Assembly: GCA_029251005.1 (NCBI GenBank)
Contig: JAQXEE010000130.1
Span: 3,328 to 67,327, forward strand
Origin: Flavobacteriales bacterium
GTDB lineage: Bacteria > Bacteroidota > Bacteroidia > Flavobacteriales_C > GCA-002722245
Length of the DNA stretch: 64,000 nucleotides
Direction: 5' to 3'
The position numbers and the translations under genes were made by a program. The notes beneath the pieces were generated by a model. That model did not search any database. It was given only the letters and a program-made list of their open reading frames with translations, and had not been told where the DNA came from. The stretch's first letter is position 1. Each line of letters starts with the position of its first letter. Positions 50,582 to 61,686 of this stretch are shown here, one piece after another.

Positions 50582-50617
50582 AAAGTTAAAAAGTAAAAAC
50601 TGAAATCAATTTAAAAG

Positions 50618-51112
50618 ATGGATTTAATTATACCTAGTGAAGGGTTGTTATTTTGGACAACTATTGTATTCGTTATTCTTTTGGTTCTTTTAAGAAAATT
50701 CGCTTGGAAACCAATTTTAGGAGCAGTTCAAACAAGAGAAGGAAATATTCAAAAAGCTTTAGATTCTGCCAAAGATGCTGAAGAAAGAATGAATGCATTA
50801 ACGGCTCAAAACGAAGATTTGTTGAAGCAAGCTCGTGAAGAAAGAAATGTTATTCTTCGTGAAGCAAAAGCAGCAGGAGAATCTATGGTTGCTGAAGCTA
50901 AAGAGTCTGCTCAAAAAGATGCAGATAGAATTTTAGTTTCTGCAAACGAGCAGATCGCAAATGAAAGAATGAAAGCAGTGGTTGAGTTGAAAAATCAAGT
51001 TGGTAAATTATCTCTTGAAATCGCTGAAAAGATTTTGAAGTCAGAATTAGATGACAAGGCGAAGCAAGAATCCTTAGTAAATCATTTAGTTGAAGACGTA
51101 AATTTAAACTAG
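50618..51112 (+). CDS. atpF: F0F1 ATP synthase subunit b
   Basis: Single N-terminal TM then long charged helix. Confidence 0.8.
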   Translation: MDLIIPSEGLLFWTTIVFVILLVLLRKFAWKPILGAVQTREGNIQKALDSAKDAEERMNALTAQNEDLLKQAREERNVILREAKAAGESMVAEAKESAQKDADRILVSANEQIANERMKAVVELKNQVGKLSLEIAEKILKSELDDKAKQESLVNHLVEDVNLN

Positions 51113-51113
51113 G

Positions 51114-51671
51114 ATGTCATACGGAAGAGCTGCTGTACGTTACTCGAAATCACTAATTGAGATTTCTTTAGAACAAGGAAATCTTGAAGCAATTAAATCC
51201 GATATGGAATTAATTCGCGTGACTTGTGCTGAATCAAGAGAACTTGTAAACCTTTTAAATAGTCCAGTTGTAAATAGAGATAAGAAATTATCTGTATTAA
51301 ACGCAGTTTTTGGAGCTCATGTTTCTGAGTTAACCAAGAAGTTTATTGCACTATTAACTGATAAAGGAAGAGAGTCTTTATTAGACCAAGTTAGTACCGC
51401 ATTTGAAGATCAATACTTAGAACACAAAAATATCTTAAGAGTCGTTATTAAATCAGTTGATGGAGTTAATGACTCGTTTAAAGATAAAGTTGCATCCTTA
51501 ATTGAAGTAGCTTACCAAAAAGATTCTCTCATTCTTGAAGAAAAAGATAAAAATTTAATAGGTGGGTTTGTCTTAACAATTGGAGATAAACAAGTTGATG
51601 CTAGTATTAGCAGACAACTAGCTGATCTTGAAAAAGAATTTAGCGAAAATAAGTACTCAAAAGAATATTAA
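51114..51671 (+). CDS. atpH: F0F1 ATP synthase subunit delta
   Basis: 185 aa; conserved N-terminal region RYSKSLIE resembling the OSCP/delta family; operon position. Confidence 0.8.
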   Translation: MSYGRAAVRYSKSLIEISLEQGNLEAIKSDMELIRVTCAESRELVNLLNSPVVNRDKKLSVLNAVFGAHVSELTKKFIALLTDKGRESLLDQVSTAFEDQYLEHKNILRVVIKSVDGVNDSFKDKVASLIEVAYQKDSLILEEKDKNLIGGFVLTIGDKQVDASISRQLADLEKEFSENKYSKEY

Positions 51672-51698
51672 TTTTACAATAGCTTAAACTTAATTATA

Positions 51699-53279
51699 AT
51701 GGCAGAAGTAAAACCAGCAGAAGTTTCATCAATTTTAAGAGAGCAATTAGCGGGCTTAAAAACTGAAGCAGAATTACAGGAAGTTGGTACTGTTCTTCAA
51801 ATTGGAGACGGTATTGCTCGTGTATTCGGTTTATCAAACGTTCAATACGGAGAATTAGTTGAATTCGAAAACGGATTACAATCAATGGCTCTTAACCTTG
51901 AGGAAGACAATGTAGGTCTTGTACTTTTAGGAGACGGAAAAGGAATAAGAGAAGGCGCAACAGTTAAAAGAACTGGAAGAATTGCTTCGGTAAACGTTGG
52001 AGAAGGTATCGTTGGTCGTGTAGTTAATACACTAGGAGAACCAATTGATGGAAAAGGACCTATCCAAGGTGAATTATTCGAAATGCCAATCGAAAGAAAA
52101 GCACCAGGTGTAATTTACCGTCAACCAGTAGGCGAACCAATGCAAACTGGAATTAAGGCAATTGATTCAATGATTCCTGTAGGAAGAGGTCAGCGTGAGT
52201 TAATCATTGGTGATCGTCAAACTGGAAAAACCACAGTTGCTATCGATACTATTATCAATCAAAAAGAATTTTATGACGCTGGTGAACCAGTTTCATGTAT
52301 TTATGTTGCAATTGGTCAAAAAGGATCTACAGTAGCAGGTATTGTTGCTACTTTGGAAGCAGCAGGTGCAATGGCTTATACAACTGTCGTTGCAGCAAAT
52401 GCATCAGATCCTGCTCCAATGCAGTTTTTTGCCCCATTTACTGGTGCAGCAATTGGAGAGTATTTTAGAGATACAGGTCGTCCTGCATTAATTGTATTTG
52501 ATGATTTATCAAAGCAAGCAGTTGCATACCGTGAGGTTTCTTTACTATTGAGAAGACCCCCGGGACGTGAGGCCTACCCAGGAGATGTGTTTTTCTTACA
52601 CTCAAGATTATTAGAAAGAGCTGCAAAATTAATTGAGGTTGATGAGATTGCTGCTCAAATGAATGATTTGCCAGATTCGTTAAAAGGTAAAGTGAAAGGA
52701 GGTGGTTCTTTAACTGCTCTTCCAATTATCGAAACACAAGCTGGTGATGTTTCTGCATATATTCCAACTAACGTAATTTCGATTACTGATGGGCAAATCT
52801 TTTTAGAGTCTGATTTATTTTTAGCTGGAGTACGTCCTGCAATTAACGTTGGTATTTCTGTATCACGTGTAGGGGGAGCTGCCCAAATTAAATCAATGAA
52901 AAAGATTTCTGGTACATTAAAGTTAGATCAGGCTCAATATCGTGAATTAGAAGCGTTTTCCAAGTTTGGTTCAGACTTAGATGCTGCTACTAAATCCGTT
53001 ATTGATAAAGGAGCTCGAAATGTTGAGATCTTAAAGCAAGCTCAAAATTCTCCTTACCGAGTTGAAGATCAATGTGCAATCATCTTTGCAGGAACAAACG
53101 GTTTAATTATGGACGTTCCGGTTAATAAGGTTAAAGAGTTTGAAGCAGATTATCTTTCTGTTTTAAAGGCAAGTCATAGTGATATATTATCTGCTTTAAA
53201 ATCAGGTAAACTAACGGATGAAGTTGTTGACACTTTAACTAGGGTTACTAAAGAGGTAGCTTCTAAGTTCGCTCAATAA
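51699..53279 (+). CDS. atpA: F0F1 ATP synthase subunit alpha
   Basis: GDRQTGKT Walker A and alpha-subunit signature. Confidence 0.95.
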   Translation: MAEVKPAEVSSILREQLAGLKTEAELQEVGTVLQIGDGIARVFGLSNVQYGELVEFENGLQSMALNLEEDNVGLVLLGDGKGIREGATVKRTGRIASVNVGEGIVGRVVNTLGEPIDGKGPIQGELFEMPIERKAPGVIYRQPVGEPMQTGIKAIDSMIPVGRGQRELIIGDRQTGKTTVAIDTIINQKEFYDAGEPVSCIYVAIGQKGSTVAGIVATLEAAGAMAYTTVVAANASDPAPMQFFAPFTGAAIGEYFRDTGRPALIVFDDLSKQAVAYREVSLLLRRPPGREAYPGDVFFLHSRLLERAAKLIEVDEIAAQMNDLPDSLKGKVKGGGSLTALPIIETQAGDVSAYIPTNVISITDGQIFLESDLFLAGVRPAINVGISVSRVGGAAQIKSMKKISGTLKLDQAQYRELEAFSKFGSDLDAATKSVIDKGARNVEILKQAQNSPYRVEDQCAIIFAGTNGLIMDVPVNKVKEFEADYLSVLKASHSDILSALKSGKLTDEVVDTLTRVTKEVASKFAQ

Positions 53280-53336
53280 AAAGAATAACTAGCGCTAGCT
53301 TTTTTTAGCTACGCTTTTTTAATTTGAATTAGCATA

Positions 53337-54206
53337 ATGGCAAATTTAAAGGAAACTAGAAACAGGATTACATCGATAAGATCTACGATGCAAATTACCA
53401 GTGCTATGAAAATGGTGTCTGCTGCAAAATTAAAAAAAGCAACTGATGCGATAACTCAAATGAGGCCATACGCTGAAAAATTGCAAGAGATTTTAGAGAA
53501 TCTTACTTCTGGAACTAAAGAATCTTCAGATGGAATTTATTCTGCAGTAAGGTCTGAGGAGAAGGTCTTAGTTGTTGCTGTTACTTCTAATCGTGGTTTG
53601 TGTGGGGGCTTTAATTCTGCAATAACAAAGGAATGTTTATCAATGGTCTCCGGAGAATACGCTGACAAGAACCTGTCGTTTTTATGTATCGGAAAGAAAG
53701 GTGGTGAATTTTTAGCAAATAAAGGTTTAAATGTTGCTAGGACTGAAATTGAAATTTTCAATGATATGTCTTTTGAAAACGTTGCAAATATTGCTGAACA
53801 AGTTATGGCTGAGTTTGTAGAAGGTCAATACGATAAAGTTATATTGGTTTATAACCAATTTCGAAATGCTGCTGTTCAAGATGTTCAAAATGAACAATTT
53901 TTACCTTTAGTTGCTAGTGAGTCTGAAAACTTATCTTCTAATTCAATAGATTATATCTACGAGCCAAACAAAGAGGATATTGTTACTGAATTAGTTCCAA
54001 AGTCTCTTAAAACCCAATTTTACAAAGCAATCCTTGATTCGATTGCCGGTGAACACGGAGCTCGTATGACTGCTATGCATAAGGCAACTGACAACGCGAA
54101 AGACTTGGCTGATAAGCTAACATTACAATATAACAAAGCTCGTCAAGCAGCAATTACGACTGAAATTTTAGAAATCGTTGGAGGTGCCGAGGCATTAAAC
54201 GGTTAA
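53337..54206 (+). CDS. atpG: F0F1 ATP synthase subunit gamma
   Basis: MANLKETRNRITSIRSTMQITSAMKMVSAAKL... canonical gamma N-terminus. Confidence 0.9.
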   Translation: MANLKETRNRITSIRSTMQITSAMKMVSAAKLKKATDAITQMRPYAEKLQEILENLTSGTKESSDGIYSAVRSEEKVLVVAVTSNRGLCGGFNSAITKECLSMVSGEYADKNLSFLCIGKKGGEFLANKGLNVARTEIEIFNDMSFENVANIAEQVMAEFVEGQYDKVILVYNQFRNAAVQDVQNEQFLPLVASESENLSSNSIDYIYEPNKEDIVTELVPKSLKTQFYKAILDSIAGEHGARMTAMHKATDNAKDLADKLTLQYNKARQAAITTEILEIVGGAEALNG

Positions 54207-54229
54207 TTGAATAATTCATAGTATTTTAG

Positions 54230-54266
54230 AAAGGTTATTAGTTTTTACTAATAACCTTTTTTTTTA
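54230..54266 (+). terminator. rho-independent terminator after atpG
   Basis: aaaGGTTATTAGtttttaCTAATAACCttttttttt. Confidence 0.6.
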
Positions 54267-54293
54267 GGGTATAATTTTTGACAAATAGATTTT

Positions 54294-57200
54294 TTGGATA
54301 AGTTTAAGAAATATAATAAGTACTTCATTGTTTTGGGCTTACTAACAATCCTTTTTACTGGATTGTTTAAGAAGTATTACCAAGATAGAGATTGGGCTGT
54401 AAATCATCAGGTTGATCACTTTAAAAAGTCGTTATTTCAATTTGAAGATCAACTATCTACTGAAATTAAATATTATCAATCAATTACTGATACAGGAGGT
54501 TTAGTGTCATTGCTAAATAATGGTGTAGATTATCATAAGTCTTTAGAGGAGCAGGCAATCGGAATTTATATTTATGAGGATGAAAACCTTAAATTTTGGA
54601 GTTCAAATAAGTTAGTGATTCCTCCTGCTGATATTAAAAATGGCTTTATCAAAACAAATAATGGATTCTATCTTATTCATTCCAAAACTAAAGGTGGGCT
54701 ACGTTTCATAGCTCAGTTCTTTCTGAAAAAAGAATACGATTTTGAAAACAGCTATGTATCCAATTCATTTAATGAAGAACTTTTTTTAAAAAAAGGCTGG
54801 AAGATACTTGCCGAACCAGTTAAAGGGTCTGTTGAGATTATTTTAATAAGTGGAGATTCTTTTCATCTTTTGCCAACCTTATCATTTATTCCACCACTTA
54901 ATTACTTTTTAATTTGTTTGGAGATTCTAGGTTTAATAGCTTTTTTACTTGGAATGCTTTTATTGTCAAAATACTTATCTGCTAAATTTAAATTTTTAAT
55001 TCTGTTACCCATATTTATACTAATTCGATTCTTACTATTGGAGTTCACTTTTCCGTATAATTTGAATGAATTAGAAATTTTTAATCCGAAATTATTAGCA
55101 TTTTCAACAATGGTTCCTTCATTGGGGGATTTTTTAATGTATGTTGTTTTCATTTTAACCTTGACTTTTTCTTTTTTAAAGGGATTAGATTTTAAGCTTA
55201 ATCATTGGTTGAAATTCAGAAACCCTTTATTATTAATCTCTTTTATTGTTGTTCATCTGCTAACTTGGGCTATTATAGAAACCGTTGAAGGATTGGTTTT
55301 GTACTCTGAAATCCCACTTGATTTATCCAAGATATTATCGGTTGAATACACAACTGTAATTGCTCTTTTTTGTTTGTCTGGAATTCTTTCAATTTACCTA
55401 ATTATATGTTGGAAATTAATTGATTTCATAAAATGTTTAGGTTTTAATTTTATACAATTAATAACAATATTTATTTTCACAACAGTCTGTTTTATAGGCT
55501 TAGGATATTTATTTAGTTTCTCTGATACATTAGAATTAGCTTGGTCTTTACCTATATTTATTCTCTTACTAATTAGTTACTTTAAGAGTGGAAAGAAAAT
55601 AACCTTCAAAGTTTCTATTTCTTTAATCTTCTTGTTTTCTTTAATGATTACGCAATCTTTAAGGGATTATAGTGATTTAAAAAATATAGACGAAAAAAAG
55701 ATTTTATTGTCAAAGCTTGGAAAGGAGAAAGATCTTATCGCTGAATACTTGTATAAAGGCATTCAATCGGAGATGATTTGTGATGAAAAGGCGCAAGCAA
55801 TTATTTCGGATTATTCTATTTCAGATCAAGATTTGTTTAAGTTTTTTAAAAAGAACTATTTTTCGGGATTTTGGGATAGGTTTGATTTACAAGTTAATCC
55901 ATGTTTAAAAGAGGATAGTATTCTTTTTGTTAATACTCAGTACCCAATTTCTTGCCAGTCCTTTTTTGATCGGATTATTAAATCGGTTGGTCATGAAGTC
56001 TCAGAAGGATTATATCTGTTGAAAAATGATAATGGCCGGATCAGTTATTTGGGATTAATTGAATTTGAAAACAATGCAAAGGTTTACTTTGAACTTGATT
56101 CAAAATTTAAACCAGATGGAGTTGGATTTCCAACTTTACTATTAGATAAGCAAGTTGAACGTAAGTCTCTAAGCTCAAAGTTTTCTTTTGCACATTTCAA
56201 AAACGGAGAACTTCTAAAACAAAAAGGGAATTTTCTATATAGTACTAGTTTAGATTATTACAAAGGAACAAAAGAAGATTGGACTTATTTTGAGCAAAAT
56301 GAAACAGCACATTTAGTTAAAAAAGAAGGAGAAGATATTTATTTCTTAAGTGAAAAAATTACAGGGATTTGGGATCAAATGGCGTTTTACTCCTATTTAT
56401 TTGCTTTCTTTTCAATAATAACAATTGCCAGCTTATTGCTTTACCGATTGCTGTATGGCGAGTTTAATCAAACTTCGAGTTTTAAAACAAGGTTTCAATC
56501 GGTAATTGTATTTATACTATTTTTCAGTACTTTATTTATCGGGATTGGGTCAGTATATTATTTAAAAAATCAATACAATCAAAAAAACTTTGATGCAATT
56601 TCTGAGAAAATTAAATCGGTTAAAATTGAAGTAGAACATAAAGTGGGAGGTAATGAAAAAATAGAGGATGTAAGTCAGGATTATATTCAATTGATCTTAG
56701 AAAAGTTTTCTAAAGTATTTTTTACTGATATTAATTTATATGATGTAAATGGGAAGTTGATTTCCTCTTCACAGAATAAAATATTTGAAAAAGGTTTATC
56801 TGGTAAGCGAATGAATCCATTAGCGATGTATCAAATGCTTTATAATTCGCAATCTCAATTTGTTCAAATAGAAGATATAGAAGGAATGCAATATCTATCT
56901 GCATACGTTCCATTTTTCAATAATGAAGGTCATTTGTTGGCTTATTTAAACCTTCCTTATTTTGCTCGGTCAAACGATTTGAAAAATGAGATATCAAACT
57001 TTATTGTAGCCTTATTAAATATTTATGCTTTATTGATTGTTGTAGCAATGGTTATCGGTTTAATGCTTACTAATCGTATCACCGAACCCCTTCGTTTAAT
57101 CCAGGAAAAAATGGGTAAGATCCAGTTAGGGCAAACAAATGAGCTAATAAATTATAAAGGAAAGGATGAGGTAGGAAAGCTTGTGAAAGAGTATAATAGA

Positions 57201-57920
57201 ATGGTTGTTGAAATAACTGAAAGTGCTGAACGAATGGCCGAAAGTGAGCGTGAAGATGCTTGGCGTGAAATGGCAAAGCAAGTTGCACACGAAATAAAAA
57301 ATCCATTAACTCCTATGAAGTTGAGTGTTCAGCATTTACAAATGCGTTGGGGTTCATTTACTGAAGAGGAGAGAAGTGAACGATTTAGGAATTTCGGGAA
57401 AAATTTAATTACTCAAATTGACACACTTTCAGCTATTGCAACAGAATTTTCTTCGTTTGCTAAACTGCCCGAAACAAGCTTCTCTAAAGTTAATATTAAC
57501 GACATTATAAAGAGTTCGGTTGACATCTATAATGGAACAGATAATGTCCAAGTAAGGTTTGATTTTGAAGGTTCTATTTTCGTTAATGGTGATAAAGATC
57601 AGTTAATAAGAGTCTTTAATAATTTGATTAAAAATGCTATTCAAGCAATTCCAGAAGATAGAGATGGGTACGTACTTCTCCAAAGTGACTTTGCGGATGA
57701 AAAGGTAAAAGTTACGATTCAGGATAATGGGAAAGGTATCTCGAAAGAAGATTACTCGCATATATTCGTTCCTAATTTCACTACGAAAAGTTCAGGAATG
57801 GGGCTCGGTTTGGCTATGGTGCAGAAGATTATAGAAAACATGGGTGGGGAGATAAGTTTTGAATCGAAATACGGAATAGGGACTACTTTTACTGTTGTTT
57901 TACCTTTAAATAAAGAATAG
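54294..57920 (+). CDS. orphan sensor histidine kinase with periplasmic N-terminal domain and about 10 or more TM helices (7TMR-DISM-like), HisKA + HATPase_c; TTG start
   Basis: HEIKNPLTPM H-box; N/G1/G2 boxes (NLIKNAIQA..., QDNGKGI..., GMGLGLAM); no response regulator adjacent. Confidence 0.8.
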   Translation: MDKFKKYNKYFIVLGLLTILFTGLFKKYYQDRDWAVNHQVDHFKKSLFQFEDQLSTEIKYYQSITDTGGLVSLLNNGVDYHKSLEEQAIGIYIYEDENLKFWSSNKLVIPPADIKNGFIKTNNGFYLIHSKTKGGLRFIAQFFLKKEYDFENSYVSNSFNEELFLKKGWKILAEPVKGSVEIILISGDSFHLLPTLSFIPPLNYFLICLEILGLIAFLLGMLLLSKYLSAKFKFLILLPIFILIRFLLLEFTFPYNLNELEIFNPKLLAFSTMVPSLGDFLMYVVFILTLTFSFLKGLDFKLNHWLKFRNPLLLISFIVVHLLTWAIIETVEGLVLYSEIPLDLSKILSVEYTTVIALFCLSGILSIYLIICWKLIDFIKCLGFNFIQLITIFIFTTVCFIGLGYLFSFSDTLELAWSLPIFILLLISYFKSGKKITFKVSISLIFLFSLMITQSLRDYSDLKNIDEKKILLSKLGKEKDLIAEYLYKGIQSEMICDEKAQAIISDYSISDQDLFKFFKKNYFSGFWDRFDLQVNPCLKEDSILFVNTQYPISCQSFFDRIIKSVGHEVSEGLYLLKNDNGRISYLGLIEFENNAKVYFELDSKFKPDGVGFPTLLLDKQVERKSLSSKFSFAHFKNGELLKQKGNFLYSTSLDYYKGTKEDWTYFEQNETAHLVKKEGEDIYFLSEKITGIWDQMAFYSYLFAFFSIITIASLLLYRLLYGEFNQTSSFKTRFQSVIVFILFFSTLFIGIGSVYYLKNQYNQKNFDAISEKIKSVKIEVEHKVGGNEKIEDVSQDYIQLILEKFSKVFFTDINLYDVNGKLISSSQNKIFEKGLSGKRMNPLAMYQMLYNSQSQFVQIEDIEGMQYLSAYVPFFNNEGHLLAYLNLPYFARSNDLKNEISNFIVALLNIYALLIVVAMVIGLMLTNRITEPLRLIQEKMGKIQLGQTNELINYKGKDEVGKLVKEYNRMVVEITESAERMAESEREDAWREMAKQVAHEIKNPLTPMKLSVQHLQMRWGSFTEEERSERFRNFGKNLITQIDTLSAIATEFSSFAKLPETSFSKVNINDIIKSSVDIYNGTDNVQVRFDFEGSIFVNGDKDQLIRVFNNLIKNAIQAIPEDRDGYVLLQSDFADEKVKVTIQDNGKGISKEDYSHIFVPNFTTKSSGMGLGLAMVQKIIENMGGEISFESKYGIGTTFTVVLPLNKE

Positions 57921-58137
57921 TTTTTTAAAAATTTTGATCATCCTTGTGAAATTACTTCAAAGCAATCGTGGAAAAGGAAATTGTGAAACTGATAACTTAT
58001 TTGAATTGGAATCGCAATGTTAGTAAAGTGTTTTTAAAGAATCTCAAGCTAAAATAGATGGGATTGGAGTTTCAGAAATCGAATTATAAAGTTTAGTTTT
58101 TTATTACAAAGGCTAGCTTTTTCATAAATTTGGATTT

Positions 58138-59571
58138 ATGAAAACCAGTACGATCAATCAAATTCTTTCAGGACCAATAAGTAATCAGGAAATTGTAATC
58201 CAAGGCTGGGTACGATTTTTCCGAAATGATCAATTTGTAATTGTTAACGATGGTTCAACCATAAAAACAATTCAATTGGTTTTGAACGCGTCTGATTATG
58301 AAGCTGAGTTTTTAAATAAAATAAACGTAGGTGCTGCAGTTCGTGCAAAAGGAGAGTTGGTTGAGTCTTCAGGTAGAGGTCAAACTTGCGAATTAAAAGT
58401 CACGAGCTTTGAAATATTAGGAGAATCAAATTCAGATGAATTTCCTATCCAACCTAAAAAGCATTCATTAGAATTTTTAAGAGAAAAATCACATTTAAGA
58501 GTTCGTACAAATACGTTCGCTGCTATTTTTAGAATTCGTCATGCAATGACGTTTGCGGTTCATCAATTTTTCAACGATCGAGAATTTTTTAATATCCATA
58601 CTCCAATTATAACAGCTTCAGATTGTGAGGGTGCTGGAGAGATGTTTAGAGTTTCAACTTTTGAACCTAACAAAGCACCTTTAAATGAAGAAGGAAATAT
58701 AGACTGGGAAAAAGATTTTTTCGGAAAGGAAGCTAGTTTGACGGTTTCTGGTCAGTTGAACGGCGAGTTGGCGGCAATGGCCCTAGGTAAGATTTATACT
58801 TTTGGTCCAACTTTTAGAGCCGAAAATTCAAATACTTCAAGACATCTTGCTGAATTTTGGATGATTGAACCAGAGGTTGCTTTCCATGACTTAAAGGATA
58901 ACATCGATTTAGCGGAAGAGTTTATAAAGTATTGCCTTCAGTATGCTTTAGATAAATGCAAAGATGACCTTGATTTTTTAGATAATCGATTAGCGAACGA
59001 AGAGAAGTTATTGCCACAAAATAAAAGACAAGAAATGACTTTAATAGAAAAGTTGAAGTTTGTTACTGAAAATAAATTTGCTAGAGTTACTTATACTGAA
59101 GCTTTTGAGATCTTAAAAAACTCCAAACCAAATAAGAAAGGAAAATTTGAATATCCAGTAAAAGATTGGGGTATAGATTTACAAAGTGAACATGAGAAGT
59201 TTTTGGTAGAAAAGCATTTTAAAAAACCAGTCGTTGTCACTGATTACCCTGCTGATATAAAGGCTTTTTACATGAAGCTAAATGATGACGGTAAAACTGT
59301 TGCAGCTATGGATGTTTTAGTGCCAGGAATAGGCGAAATTATAGGGGGTTCCCAAAGAGAGGAGGATTTGGATAAATTAAAATCTGCGATAGCTAAATTT
59401 GATATTCCAAAAGATGATATTTGGTGGTACCTAGAAACTCGTCAGTTTGGAACAGCTGTTCATAGTGGTTTTGGTTTAGGCTTCGAAAGACTTTTACTTT
59501 TCGTTACAGGGATGGGGAATATTCGAGATGTAATACCCTTTCCAAGAGCTCCTAAATTAGCAGATTTTTAA
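58138..59571 (+). CDS. asnS: asparagine--tRNA ligase
   Basis: 477 aa; class IIb motifs [21 protein letters not shown] and GSQRE. Confidence 0.9.
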   Translation: MKTSTINQILSGPISNQEIVIQGWVRFFRNDQFVIVNDGSTIKTIQLVLNASDYEAEFLNKINVGAAVRAKGELVESSGRGQTCELKVTSFEILGESNSDEFPIQPKKHSLEFLREKSHLRVRTNTFAAIFRIRHAMTFAVHQFFNDREFFNIHTPIITASDCEGAGEMFRVSTFEPNKAPLNEEGNIDWEKDFFGKEASLTVSGQLNGELAAMALGKIYTFGPTFRAENSNTSRHLAEFWMIEPEVAFHDLKDNIDLAEEFIKYCLQYALDKCKDDLDFLDNRLANEEKLLPQNKRQEMTLIEKLKFVTENKFARVTYTEAFEILKNSKPNKKGKFEYPVKDWGIDLQSEHEKFLVEKHFKKPVVVTDYPADIKAFYMKLNDDGKTVAAMDVLVPGIGEIIGGSQREEDLDKLKSAIAKFDIPKDDIWWYLETRQFGTAVHSGFGLGFERLLLFVTGMGNIRDVIPFPRAPKLADF

Positions 59572-60045
59572 GGATGTTAGATTTTTTTACAAAATTATGT
59601 TTTGGAAACGTTGATGTTTTTTTGTGAAGTAGTATGAATAATAAAATCTTAATTGGATAGTTTTAACAGCGCTTTTTTTGTCCGAAAATTTGATCTTAAT
59701 TATGTGAAAAGATGATGGATTTAGAATTTTTTAATTTAATGTGGTAAATAGGAAATTAATTATCTAGTAGAAAAGCTCAAAGAACTTGTATTCTTTTACG
59801 ATTGAAGTAGTTGATAGAAAGAAGGGATTATATTTTGTAATTGAATTAATCAATTAACAAAAAATAAATTGTTTGGAGAGAAAATACTTATAAAATTCCT
59901 GTCGAGATGGGTTTTAAATCTGTTGAAATTGATAATTAATTGTCGAAAAAAATCTTCAAAAGATATTAGATGATTTTTATCTTAAAATCTGTGTTAACTA
60001 ATTGTTTCAGCTTATTTTTGTAATCGTATAAATATCGTTTACAGC

Positions 60046-61686
60046 ATGAGCAATCTCACAAATTCACCTTCTTGGTTAGCCCTAGAAGAACATTTTAACA
60101 AAGTGCAAAACATTCATCTTAAAGATCTTTTTAAGGATGATAATCGGTTTAATGAATTTTCGGTTGGATTAAATGATATTCTTTTAGATTTTTCTAAGAA
60201 CAGAATAACTTCTGAAACATTTAAATTATTGGTTGGTTTGGCAAAAGAAACCGGTGTTGAAGTTGGGATTAAGGCAATGTTTTCAGGGGATGAAATTAAC
60301 AACACAGAAAAAAGATCAGTACTTCATACTGCATTAAGAAATCGATCAAATACGCCTGTTATTGTCAACGGTAAAGATATTATGCCTCAAATAAATGAGG
60401 TGTTAAACCAAATGCGCCTTTTTACAAAAAAAGTAAGAAGTGGTGAATGGAAAGGTTTTTCTGGGAAATCAATTACTGATGTAGTTAACATTGGGATTGG
60501 AGGTTCTGATTTAGGACCTCTAATGGTTTCTGAAGCTTTAAAACCCTATGGCGGAGATCAACTTAAAGTACATTTTGTATCCAATATTGATGGGACTCAT
60601 ATTTCAGAAACATTAAAACATGTTAATCAAGAAACAACACTTTTTGTAATTGCATCAAAAACATTTACAACACAAGAAACTTTAACCAATGCTACTTCTG
60701 CAAAAGATTGGTTTTTACAATCAACTGCAAATGAAATGGATGTAGCAAAACACTTTGTGGCTTTGTCTACAAATACCGAAGGAGTAGCTGCTTTTGGAAT
60801 TGATACTCAAAACATGTTTGAGTTTTGGGATTGGGTTGGTGGTAGATATAGTCTTTGGAGTGCAATAGGATTAAGCATTGCTTTAGCGATTGGATTCGAA
60901 AATTTTGAAGAAGTATTATTAGGAGCACACGAAATGGATAAACATTTTGAATCAGCTCCTTTCGAAGAAAATATACCTGTGATTTTAGCGATATTAGGAG
61001 TTTGGTACAATAACTTTTTTAACGCAGAATCTCATTGTATTTTACCTTACGATCAGTACATGCATCGTTTTGCAGCTTATTTTCAGCAAGGAGATATGGA
61101 AAGTAACGGTAAATCAACAACTAAGCAAGGCGGTAAGGTAAATTACAGTACTGGCCCCATTGTATGGGGTGAGCCAGGAACAAATGGTCAGCATGCTTTT
61201 TATCAATTAATTCATCAAGGAACAAAGCTAATTCCATGTGATTTTATTGCTCCTGTGAACTCTCAAAATCCTATAAGTGACCATCACTCTAAATTATTGT
61301 CTAATTATTTTGCGCAAACAGAAGCGTTAATGAGAGGCAAAACAAGTCAAGAAGCGAAGGAGGAATTACTATCTAGTGGTATGGAAATGGAAGCGATAAA
61401 TGAATTGTTACCTCATAAAGTTTTTGAAGGAAATAAACCAAGTAATTCCATCATGGTAAAGAAACTTACTCCTAGAGTTTTAGGAAGTTTAGTTGCGATG
61501 TATGAACATAAAATATTTACTCAAAGTATCATTTGGAATGTGAATGCATTTGATCAATGGGGAGTAGAATTAGGTAAGCAATTAGCAAAAGCTATTTTAC
61601 CTGAGTTAAAAAGTAATAACAAAATTAATAGTCACGATTCATCAACGAATGGATTAATTAATTTTTATAAAGAGAATAGACTGTAG
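60046..61686 (+). CDS. pgi: glucose-6-phosphate isomerase
   Basis: 546 aa; [11 protein letters not shown] and phosphoglucose isomerase signature regions. Confidence 0.9.
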   Translation: MSNLTNSPSWLALEEHFNKVQNIHLKDLFKDDNRFNEFSVGLNDILLDFSKNRITSETFKLLVGLAKETGVEVGIKAMFSGDEINNTEKRSVLHTALRNRSNTPVIVNGKDIMPQINEVLNQMRLFTKKVRSGEWKGFSGKSITDVVNIGIGGSDLGPLMVSEALKPYGGDQLKVHFVSNIDGTHISETLKHVNQETTLFVIASKTFTTQETLTNATSAKDWFLQSTANEMDVAKHFVALSTNTEGVAAFGIDTQNMFEFWDWVGGRYSLWSAIGLSIALAIGFENFEEVLLGAHEMDKHFESAPFEENIPVILAILGVWYNNFFNAESHCILPYDQYMHRFAAYFQQGDMESNGKSTTKQGGKVNYSTGPIVWGEPGTNGQHAFYQLIHQGTKLIPCDFIAPVNSQNPISDHHSKLLSNYFAQTEALMRGKTSQEAKEELLSSGMEMEAINELLPHKVFEGNKPSNSIMVKKLTPRVLGSLVAMYEHKIFTQSIIWNVNAFDQWGVELGKQLAKAILPELKSNNKINSHDSSTNGLINFYKENRL

